Assembly (NCBI RefSeq): GCF_001194135.2
Contig: NC_069007.1
Location: 12,973,437-13,037,149 of the forward strand
Reading direction: 5' to 3'
DNA from: Octopus bimaculoides
Lineage: Eukaryota
Length of the DNA: 63,713 bases
Shown here: positions 53,001 through 61,767 of the stretch, piece after piece
How the letters are laid out: every line of letters begins with the position of its first letter
How positions within the stretch are numbered: position 1 is the stretch's first letter
The notes under the pieces: generated by a model
Databases searched by the model: none
What the model was told of the DNA's origin: nothing
What the model saw: only the letters and a program-made list of their open reading frames with translations
Translations under genes and position numbers: made by a program

Positions 53001-53794
53001 AAGGCATTTGTTGATTCCTTGTCACGACAAACAGCTGGTCAAGTAAGTAAAAGAACATCTATACTAATATGCGCAACCTTCCCGAGAAAGTATATGAGAA
53101 GTGAAAGTGTTTTCCATATAAAATTCTATTTCTTCAATTTTATTTCAGCTGAATTGCTTATGTTTGTGTATTTTTGTGTATGTATTATGTGTTTATGTGT
53201 GTATGTATGTATATTTGTGTGGAGGCACAATAGCCCAGTGGTTAGGGCAGCGGACTTGTGGTCGTAGGATCGCAGTTTTGATTCCCAGACTGAATGTTGT
53301 GAGTGTTTATTGAGTGAAAACACCTAAAGCTCCACTAGGCTCCAGCAGGGGATGGTGGCAAACCTTGCTGTACTCTTTCACCACAACTTTCTCTCTTTCT
53401 TCCTGTTTCTGTTGTACCTGTATTTCAAAGGGCCAGTCTTGTTACGCTCAGTGTCATGCTGAATCTCCCCGAGAACTACGTTAAGGGTACACGTGTCTGT
53501 AGAGTGCTCAGCCATTTGCACATTAATTTCACAAGCAAGCTGTTCCATTGATTGGATCAACTGGAATCCTCATCGTCGTAACTGGCGGAGTGCCATGATG
53601 TATATTTGTGTAAGTATATGTATATATGTGTATTTGTCTATGTATGTGTTTACATAAATATACATGTGTATATACATGGTTCTGCGTTCAGTCCCACTGC
53701 GTGGCACCTTGGGCAAGTGTCTTCAACTATAGCTTCGGGCCAACCAAAGCCTTGTGAGTGGATTTGGTAGACAGAAACTGAAAGACGCCTGTTG

Positions 53795-53837
<43 letters not shown>

Positions 53838-55544
53838 ATGTTTGTGTGTCTGTGTTTGTCCCCCCAACATCGCTTGACAACCAATGCTGGTGTGTTTACG
53901 TCCCCATAACTTAGCGGTTCGGCAAAAGAGATTGATAGAATAAGTACTAGGCTTACAAAGAATAAGTCCTGGGGTCGATTTACTCGACAAAAGGCGGTGC
54001 TCCAGCATAGCCGCAGTCAAATGACGGAAACAAGTAAAAGAGAGAGTAAAGAGTATATATTAGGTTGTTTGGAAAATAATGGCCGATTTTAGAAATATGC
54101 CAATATTCTTGAAAAACTGAACTTATACATAGGTTGATGATGATGATCCCTGAACAACCATGCACATCTCCCATTGATTAACAAGGTCATTTATGCCTCT
54201 TTGACAAAAACCCAAAAGTCTTGATGCCAAGAAATCCTTGAATTCAATTTTGATCTTGATTATGAAACAGAAGGTTTTTTTGCGTTAAAGAAGTGTCTAG
54301 ATACTTCAAAAAGTGGTCGTTGGTGGATGAAAGATCAGGAGGATATGGAAGATGTGGTAAAGTCTCATATCCCAAGTCTGTGAGCTTCTGCAGCGTCATC
54401 CTGGAAACATGTGGTCGAGTGTTGCCATGGAGTAGAATTGGACCACATTGATTAACAAGTGCAGATCTCATTTTGCTCAAGTGAACATGCATTTCTTCCA
54501 GTTGATTACAGATACCCAGCATATGAGACATTTCTCTGACCCTTTGTTGTGGATTTTGTTTAATTATTGTTTTCAAATGCTGATCATCAAGGATAGATGG
54601 ATATCTACCATTTTGATCTTCAAGGCACTCATCCCCACTATTGAATCTCTCAAACCATCGTCATTCCATCTGATCACTGTTGATATTGGCGGGTGTTTGG
54701 GAAGTATTATGTCCAAGCTTGAATTCATGCAAAAGAAGTAAAATACATTTCTTCTTTTTTCATGTTTGAAATTAAGGATTTCTATGCTTCAAAATTGTAT
54801 TGTGAAAGAAATCAATAAGAATTTACTAAAGAGTACACATTAATTATTAAGCATGTACAATTTCATCTAAAATGCCACAAAGATAACATCTTAAATCGAA
54901 TTTGAAAAAATGTTTTCAGAAAATCAGGCAGTATTTTCTGAACGCCCTAATACAGGCATATAAACACATACATATACTTGCATACACAAATAGATATCTT
55001 TACACAAACATAACTGCATACATACATACACAAAAATGTGCAAGTGATTAGAGAAATGTTGTGTCGACACCCCCAGGCGAAGAAGTAGGATCTCCCAAGA
55101 CACATAAATAGAGGTAGTCTGGCCGTGGTAGGAGTGTTGGTTAGCAGTCGAGTAGCAGTTGTGTAGCGGTTGAGTAGAGATCATCCAAAGGTTCTAGATA
55201 GCAGTAGCGTTGAGACATAACAAGAAATAAGAGATTATTATGGAAATTGCCAAACAAATACTTTCACTTTTCATATATTTTCTCCAAAAAATTGCCTTCT
55301 ACTATGAGGGGGTGCTGAAAAGTTTCTGGGTTTTTAAAAGGAAAATGCAGGAGGATCAGTTAATCATGATTTTATTCAATGTATTCCCTTCTCAGATTCA
55401 CACTCTTATTGCAGCGTTCCTTCAGTTTTTCTAAGCTCTGTAAAAAGAACTCAAACCAGGCCTGTGTAGCAGTGATCACTGGATATTCAGCCTGTATTGG
55501 TGGTAGTATGTTTTGGTGCTGGAAGCTGGCACACAGACACGTGG

Positions 55545-55584
<40 letters not shown>

Positions 55585-58500
55585 CACGCTTGTACACACA
55601 CAAATATACGCATACAGTTAGAAAGAGAGATCGAGAGGGAGAAAACGAGAGAAACATTACAATTTATTAATTGAACACAGTTGAATAAACACTTGCTCTT
55701 CATATGCATAAAAAGAAATATGCTTACACACATAAAGCGAGAGAGAGAGAGAGAGAGAGAGGGGGGGGAGATAAACACAGCCAGCTAGATAGATAGAGAC
55801 AGACAGACAGAGACAAACAGAGAGAGAAAGAGAGAGAGAGGGGGAGAGAAAAACATTGAAGTGTCTGAAGTCAAATAAGTCATTATCGAATTATTGACAC
55901 CAAAACAGCTGTGCCATAATGTCTTATACACATAAAATGTACCTTTTCCATAAATGATTGTAACACACATCAATCTATGTGTCCTTATAAAAACTGACTC
56001 CAAATTAGAAAATTGTTTAAATACAATTTTTTCATGATATTTTCTGTATTTCACATGAAACAGAGTTTCTTTGTGATTATGAAATAATTACTCATTATTA
56101 CTAATATCAGGTCTCCAATAAACAATTAAAGTTCCTATGTAAAGTCTGTGTGTAAATGAATGTAAAACATGCTGGAAAAAGTGCAAAGACCAGCAAAGAA
56201 ATGTAGTCAATAAAACGTGATGTTATGCACAGCAAGCAAAAATGTGTTTGCAGGTAGGAAAAATAGATAAAATAGTTTACAAACAGTAACTTAACTGAAT
56301 CTGATGACATTTGGCAAAAGAATTATTTAAGAGTCCAGTTTGGAATGTTCAAATTAATAAAACATTTCATTATTATGCGCAAGGAAAGGGGGCAAGCTGG
56401 GAGAATCGTTAGGATGCTAGACAAAATGCTTAGTTGTATTTCACCTGTCTTTATGTTCTGAGTTCAAATTCTGCTGAGGTCGACTTTGCCTTTCAACCTT
56501 TTGAGGTTGATGAATTAAGTACCAGTCAAGTACTGGGGTTGATGTAATCGACTTGCCCGCTCCCCACAAATTTCAGACCTTGTGCCTATTGTAGAGAGGA
56601 TTATTATAAGCAAGAAAAGGCCGAGAGCTGGCAGAACCATTAACATGCCAGGTAAAATGGTTAGTGGCAGTTCGTCTGTCTTTACGTTCTGAGTTCAAAT
56701 TCTGCCAAGGTCGACTTTGCTTTCAATTGTTTCAGGGTCAATAAATTAAATACCAGTCAAACACTGGGGTCAATATAATAGATTGTCCCCATCCCCCAAA
56801 TTACAGGCTTTGTGCCTTTAGTAGAAAGGATTATATTTCACTGCTTTTAAAGGGAATGAGCAAGGAAAGTTGATGAGCTGGTAGAATTGTTAGCACACCT
56901 GGCAAAATAATTGTCTGTCTTTATGTTCTGAGTTCAAATTCTGCCCCAGTTGACTTTGCCTTTCAGCTTTTGAGGGTCAATGGAATGAGTACCAGTCAAG
57001 CATTAGTGTTGATGTAATTGACTGTCATTCTCCTCCACAATTTCAGGTCTTGTGCCTCTACAGAGACACAAGACCTGAAATTATAAACTCAGAACAAAAG
57101 AACAAAAGGAAAATTCTTTGGACAAATAATATTTTTAATAAAGATTGTGGAAGTTAATTAAAGTATGAATTAGCTCTTTCCAGTCCCACCAAATGCAAAT
57201 CCTTGTCTAGAGTGGAGGTAGCTCTGGCTTGGCTACTGTTTGTTGAAAATTGTCATTCTTTCTCCTCTCCTGCTTTATATTGAGGTAAAGACATTATTTT
57301 TCATCACAAGTGACAATGCAGTAAAGAAATCCATTTGACTCCACAAGTGGTGTCAAGTTAAAAGACTGGCAGTGATAGAGGAGCGCTGGAGTTTATCTTT
57401 TTTGTTCAGTGCATGTGGCACTCATGCAACAAATTTTTGGACTTTACTCAATGAGTGAAGGTGACAGGTAACGGTATCATGAGAGCATCCCATCTGCAGG
57501 CTAATTCCCTAGTGAACTGCTGTGGATTCTTTTGAATGAGCTCATTCAGTAGATCCCGATTGAATCGAACTTGTTGGCCAAAATATAGAGAATCTGTGAA
57601 GTCGAATTTCCTTTACTTAAAGCATGGAAATTGTCTGTGCAGTTCTTATATCAATGGTATCTTCTTCATACATAGCCAAATGTCTTGAATGACCTTAGCA
57701 ACTTTGGAATCTTGATTTACTTGGCAGTCCCTTGTCAAAAACTATAAACAAAAGTTGCAGAGGGTGAATAGAGCTACGGAAAAAAATAGAACATAAAACA
57801 TTTTGCTAAAAAAGTATTTTTCCTGTTAATTCAAATAACAATGGAAAGAGACAAATGAATTTATGTGACAACCTAGTAAAATCAGATGTTTATTCTTTTA
57901 TTCTTTTATTCTTTTATTCGTTTAATTGTTTCAATCATCTGACTCTGGCCATGCTGGAACACCATCTTGAAGGGTTTTAATCTATCAAATCATCCCCAGG
58001 ACTTTGTTTTTGAGCCTAGTACTTATTCTGTTGTTGTTCTTTGCCAAACCGCTAAATTATGGGGGCGTAAACACACCAGCACCAGTTANNNNNNNNNNNN
58101 NNNNNNNNNNNNNNNNNNNNNNNNNNNNNNNNNNNNNNNNNNNNNNNNNNNNNNNNNNNNNNNNNNNNNNNNNNNNNNNNNNNNNNNNNNNNNNNNNNNN
58201 NNNNNNNNNNNNNNNNNNNNNNNNNNNNNNNNNNNNNNCCAGTTATCAAATGGTGATGGGGGGGGGGGACAAGCATACATGCATACATACACCCACCCAC
58301 CCACACACACACACACAAAAAAAAAAGGTTTCTTTTTCTACCAAATCCTCTCAAGGCTTTGGTCGGCATGTGGCTGTAGTAGAAGACACTTACCTAAAGT
58401 GCCACACAGTGGGACTGAACCTGGAACCATGTGGTTGGGAAGCAGGCTTCTTACCACACAGCCATTCCATTTTCTATTTTTTAGTAGTTAGGGCATTCAG

Positions 58501-59137
58501 CACACGCTCTTACAATTGTGAGTTCAATTCCCAGCGACATGTTGTGTCCTTGAGCAAGACACTTTATTTCATGTTGCTCCAGTCCACTCAGCTGGCAAAA
58601 ATGAGCTGTACCTGTACTTCAAAGGGCCAGCCCTGTCACACATCTGTGTCAAGTTCAATCTCCCTGAGAACTACATTAAGGGTACACGTGTTCGTGGAGT
58701 GTTTGGCCCTGTTAATTTCATGAGCAAGCTGTTCCATTGACTGTATCAGCTGCGACCCTTGTCGTCATAACTGACAGACTGTCTCTCTCTCAAATTTATT
58801 ATCAGAAAGAAAACATCTCTCAGCGTTCATTGGCCATATACCTCTTCTATTGATCCTGCACCTCATGTAATCACAAGCAAAATACTTCCTCTATATACCT
58901 GTGTACCTTTTCCATACATCATGTACCTCACCTATGCACCATGTATGTACCTCTTCCATTTAACATGTATCTCTTTATTTCACATTATCTAGATGACAGC
59001 TTACAACCATGGAGCAGTCACACTGCACGTTGCCAAAGAAATCATTGAACATGGTCGATTGCTTCGATTACAGTCATTCAATAATTATCGACGACGGTTC
59101 AATTTGAAACCTTACAAAAACTTCTTTGAATTGACAG
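28820..59137 (+). CDS. PTGS: Cyclooxygenase / prostaglandin G/H synthase gene, multi-exon and 3'-partial (coding exons 1-9; terminal exon absent from readable sequence)
   Basis: Manual splicing of 9 GT-AG exons (52+120+144+144+176+84+247+287+145 = 1399 nt) gives one frame: [33 protein letters not shown]...[13 protein letters not shown]...[10 protein letters not shown]...[11 protein letters not shown]...[15 protein letters not shown]...VDASNIYG...LREHNRVC...FDPELLF...[14 protein letters not shown]...[11 protein letters not shown]...FFELTG. These are hallmark COX motifs throughout. Confidence 0.97.
32101..32220 (+). CDS. PTGS: COX exon 2 (EGF-like domain)
   Basis: Acceptor ctttttccag, donor gtgagt. 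Encodes [40 protein letters not shown] with all EGF cysteines. Confidence 0.97.
35406..35630. mobile_element. Mariner-derived MITE
   Basis: TIRs of about 30 bp (TTGGGTTGTCCGGAAAGTTCATGCCGATTT / AAATCGGCACGAACTTTCCGGACAACCCAA) with TA duplications. The interior has a mariner C-terminal remnant, [12 protein letters not shown]. Confidence 0.9.
36019..36162 (+). CDS. PTGS: COX exon 3 (membrane-binding helices)
   Basis: Acceptor tctttcag, donor gtaagt, 144 nt. Encodes [48 protein letters not shown]. Confidence 0.97.
37136..37279 (+). CDS. PTGS: COX exon 4 (includes R120 equivalent)
   Basis: Acceptor catttcag, donor gtaagg, 144 nt. Encodes [48 protein letters not shown]. Confidence 0.97.
   Translation, partial: RGDNWWTVPLSMCPTRLSHTWTSTTTGQHLCAIYHRSPRIVPRRWAL
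37629..37804 (+). CDS. PTGS: COX exon 5 (Q203 and distal H207)
   Basis: Acceptor tttctcattgaag, donor gtaagt, 176 nt. Encodes [59 protein letters not shown]. Confidence 0.96.
38589..38634 (+). ncRNA. Type I hammerhead ribozyme motif in COX intron 5 (sense strand), probably Penelope-derived
   Basis: AAAACUGU-CUGACGA-AUGGGUACGA-GAAA-CUC-U-GAG-UA-ACAGUUUU. It has an 8-bp stem I, an intact core, a quasi-palindromic stem III and a GUA cleavage triplet. Stem II is imperfect. Confidence 0.7.
38710..38926. mobile_element. Mariner-type MITE (partial inverted copy at about 55305-55452)
   Basis: TA-flanked TIRs TGAGGGTGTGCTGAAATGTTTCTGGCTTT / AAAGCCAGGAACTCTTCAGCATCCCCTCT. Confidence 0.8.
38977..39314 (+). 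mobile_element. tRNA-derived SINE family D
   Basis: GGCGCATGGCTCAATGGTTAGAGC...GAGTTTGAATCCC head and TTCTTGAGCAAGACACTT central domain, with a distinct tail. Confidence 0.8.
40725..41025. repeat. About 18-bp monomer tandem repeat organised as a 53-bp higher-order unit
   Basis: GACCCAGTTGTGAGAYGT-GGTCCAGTTGTGAACTGT-GATCCAGTTTGGACTGT repeated about 3.5 times, with degenerate monomers at the edges. Confidence 0.85.
41345..41428 (+). CDS. PTGS: COX exon 6
   Basis: Acceptor ttctcttag, donor gtatta, 84 nt. Encodes [28 protein letters not shown]. Confidence 0.96.
43260..43506 (+). CDS. PTGS: COX exon 7
   Basis: Acceptor attttacag, donor gtacgt, 247 nt. Encodes [15 protein letters not shown]...[53 protein letters not shown]. 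Confidence 0.97.
43612..43743. other. Likely assembly artefact: exon 7 3' end and intron start duplicated across a tiny gap
   Basis: 43622-43743 repeats about 43488-43611 and differs only in microsatellite unit counts, as expected for two alleles. Confidence 0.8.
45258..45468. mobile_element. Fold-back (tail-to-tail) Penelope-type terminal-repeat element
   Basis: Arms 45258-45352 and 45371-45468 are reverse complements around an 18-nt loop. Each arm carries a hammerhead core. A related half-copy lies at about 49283-49440. Confidence 0.7.
45369..45412 (+). ncRNA. Minimal type I hammerhead motif in COX intron 7 (right arm of a fold-back element)
   Basis: GAAC-CUGAUGA-A-GGCUG(gagggtatat)CAGCC-GAAA-CG-U-U-GUUU. 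It has a 5-bp stem II, palindromic ACGU stem III and a 4-bp stem I. Confidence 0.65.
49341..49386 (-). ncRNA. Partly decayed hammerhead motif of the same Penelope-type family (antisense to COX)
   Basis: Minus strand reads GACAC-CUGAUGA-A-GGCU...AGCC-GAAA-UGUU-GUGGU. ACGU has changed to AUGU, consistent with CpG decay. Confidence 0.55.
50317..50640 (+). mobile_element. R4/Dong-like element 3' end inserted directly after (AAT)n
   Basis: [34 protein letters not shown]...[20 protein letters not shown]. Related fragments lie at 51150-51350 and 51450-51752. Confidence 0.8.
52756..53042 (+). CDS. PTGS: COX exon 8 (Y348, V349, Y355, catalytic Y385, proximal H388)
   Basis: Acceptor ttttttcag, donor gtaagt, 287 nt. 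Encodes [56 protein letters not shown]...[12 protein letters not shown]. Confidence 0.98.
53221..53595 (+). mobile_element. tRNA-derived SINE family C
   Basis: A/B-box-like head (TAGCCCAGTGGTTAGGGC...GATTCCCAG) and ...CGTCGTAAC.GACGGAGTGCC tail. Copies at 1499-1844(+) and 8821-9190(-); chimeric copy at 58485-58780(+). Confidence 0.85.
54060..54950 (-). mobile_element. Internally deleted, decayed mariner element
   Basis: TIRs TA|TTAGGTTGTTTGGAAAATAATGGCCGATTTT and AAAATCAGGCAGTATTTTCTGAACGCCCTAA|TA. Transposase remnant [37 protein letters not shown]. Confidence 0.8.
56390..57065 (+). mobile_element. Three head-to-tail family-B SINEs
   Basis: Monomers at about 56392-56605, 56625-56832 and 56875-57065, each with the GAGCTGG..GAA head and CCTTGTGCCT..AGTAGAAAGGATTAT-like tail. 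Confidence 0.85.
57240..57790 (-). mobile_element. Decayed mariner N-terminal remnant
   Basis: Minus-strand remnants RTAQ, KGNFD and [17 protein letters not shown]. Confidence 0.55.
58993..59137 (+). CDS. PTGS: COX exon 9
   Basis: Acceptor attatctag, donor gttagt, 145 nt. Encodes [48 protein letters not shown](G). Confidence 0.95.
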
Positions 59138-59350
59138 GTTAGTAAAACACGATTTTCATTTATTTTTATTTCATTTTGATTTGGTTAACAATTGGAGACA
59201 TTGTACCAAGGTGTTGTTAGATCAGTTTGTTGTTGTTTTATCCAAAGCCAGCATTAGTCTCAGCAGACCTTAAGATCAGACATGTTCTAGCTTTGGTCAT
59301 TGCATCATTATATGTATTCCTTTTGCACATAGTAGCTTTATTATGTAGAG

Positions 59351-60007
59351 CAATGATTCCCAAAGTGGGTGGTATTGCCCCCTGAGGATGGTGGAAAGTT
59401 CCAAAGCGGTGTTGAGGAAAATTGGGGTGATAATCGGGGAGCGATTCATGTAAAAAGTAAGGCAATAATGGCGTGGCGATTCATGTAAAGACAACAAAAT
59501 AATGGGTTCACTAGGTTAAGTTTTATTTGTGAAATACAGTTGCTTTGAATATGCTTCTGAAAGGGGTCTATGTTTGTGATGGTTAGTTGGGGTGGGGACC
59601 CTAGGACAGTAGCCTGGGTGTCAAGATTTATCGCTTCCACCAGTGCCACCGCTACTACCATCACCACCACCACCACTACCACCACCACTGCTACTGTCAC
59701 TACTACCACCACTGCTACTGCCACTACTACCACCACTACCACTACAACCACCACTGCTACTGCCACTACTACCACTACCACCACTACCATCAACACCACC
59801 ACTACCACAGCCACCACCACTACCACTGCCACCAACACTACCACCACCACTACCACTATCACTGCTACCCCACTACCACCACCTCCACCACTATCATCAC
59901 TGCTACCACCATTACTACCACCACCTTTACCACCACCACCACTACCATCACTGCCATCAACACCGCCACTACCATCAACACCACCCGAAAATGTTTGGGA
60001 ACCACTG
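59351..60007. mobile_element. hAT-type MITE containing an (ACY)n block
   Basis: TIRs CAATGATTCCCAAA / TTTGGGAACCACTG and a perfect 8-bp TSD ATGTAGAG (59343-59350, 60008-60015). Confidence 0.85.
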
Positions 60008-60042
60008 ATGTAGAGTATTCTATCACTGATAAGAGTATAATA

Positions 60043-60348
60043 AGTTTTATATCCTTCTATACGTTGGATAAATAAATAGAAGCTGGGATAGACACAACTG
60101 TCTTCACACGATGTACTTCAAATTATTCCAATAAATACAAACTCTCAAAGACTCGTTATGACCTCCACGAACTCTCAATGACTTCTCTCAGTCTCAACCA
60201 ATACGCTACTTTTTATAAGAGTTCAGCTAGTCCATTCTTCCAATCCCACAGCAGTGTCAATGACTCTCGCCCCAACAATAAGGCAGAAACACTATCGTCC
60301 GGTTGACCCCCCCACTCCTCTTTGAAAAAGATAATTCGTTATATAACA
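60043..60348. mobile_element. Possible solo-LTR-like element
   Basis: Ends ...GTTATATAACA. The left end AGTTTTATAT resembles a decayed TGTTATAT. No TSD was confirmed. Confidence 0.3.
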
Positions 60349-60984
60349 TTAACAGCTTTATGTTATCTTTTATCGTTAATCTTTCACTTGTTTCAATCAT
60401 TTGACTGCGGTCATTCTGGGGCACCACGTTGGAGAAATTTTAGTCAAAGAAATTGATTACAAGACCCATTTTTTAAAGCTTGATACTCTATTGATCTCTT
60501 TTACCAAATTGCTAAGTTACGGGGATGTAAACACACCAACACTAGTTGTCAAGTGGTGGTGGGGGACAAACACAGACACAAATACAGACACACACACACA
60601 CACGCATATACAATGGGCTTCTTTCAGTTTCCATCTACTACATCCATTCACAAGGCATTGGTTGGCCTGAGGCTGTAGTAGAAGACATTTACCCAAGGTG
60701 CTATGCTGTGGAACTGAACCTGGAACCATGTGGTTGAGAAGCAAGCTTCTTATCACGCAGCCACATCGTGCCTAATTCTTAAAATATAAATTAAATCATT
60801 TTCAGTGAGGAAATTGATAAAATTTTTTTTACATAAATACAGTTCCCTACCCACTGGAATCCCTAAATTGTGCCCCAAGAATCCTAAAATTTCTTGTAAG
60901 TTAAGAAGTGTGCAACCTTATAAGAAAATGCTGTACCAAGGGCCCCTCTTATGTAACTGATTGACTTGCTGGATCTATTGCTTG

Positions 60985-61335
60985 TAGAGGTGGTGGCAGG
61001 GATGGTGGTGGTGGTGGTGGTGGTGGCTGTGGTAGTGGCGGTGTTGATGGTAGTGGTGGTGGCAGTGATGGTAATGTTAGCGGTGGTGGTAGTGGGGTAG
61101 CAGTGATAGTGGTAGTGGTGGTGGTAGTGTTGGCGGCAGTGGTAGTGGTGGTGGCTGTGGTAGTGGTGGTGTTCATGGTAGTGGTGGTAGTGGTAGTAGT
61201 GGCAGTAGCAGTGGTGGTAGTAGTGGTAGTGGTGGTAGTAGTGGCAGTAGCAGTGGTGGTAGTAGTGGTGATGGCAGTGATAGTAGTGGTGGTGGCGATG
61301 GTAGTAGCAGTGGCGCTGGTGGAAACGATAAATCT
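60985..61335 (-). repeat. Patterned (GGT/AGT)n block, inverted copy of 59624-59985
   Basis: Shares the unique start AGATTTATCGYTTCCACCAG and the order of variant triplets with 59624-59985. Confidence 0.8.
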
Positions 61336-61727
61336 CCCACCCACCCCCACCCCACACAGCCAGTCTCTGTTATTTATTAATTGACCAACCGCCATGACAT
61401 ATAGCAGACAATGAAATACCATTGAAATAATGTTGCTGTTGTTCCTCTTTTTCCACATTTCCCTGCTTTCTCATCGATGAAACTTCAATTATTAACAAAC
61501 ACCTCCATAAGCTGCATTTCTTAATATATACATTGTATATGTATGTGTGTGTGCGTCTATGTATATTCGTGTATGTGTGTCTATGTATATTTTTGTATGT
61601 GTGTGTATGTGTATTTGTATATGTCTTCATATGTATGTTTGTATGTGTGAATATATGTTCCTATATATGTATTCATGTATGTATGTACATATGTAGTTAT
61701 GCATGTATGTATATATGTATGTGTATA

Positions 61728-61767
<40 letters not shown>

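Noticed and set aside
59446-61458. Thr/Pro/Val/His-rich mucin-like ORFs on both strands
   Set aside because: They are trinucleotide repeat blocks open in several frames, with no splice signals linking them to a gene.
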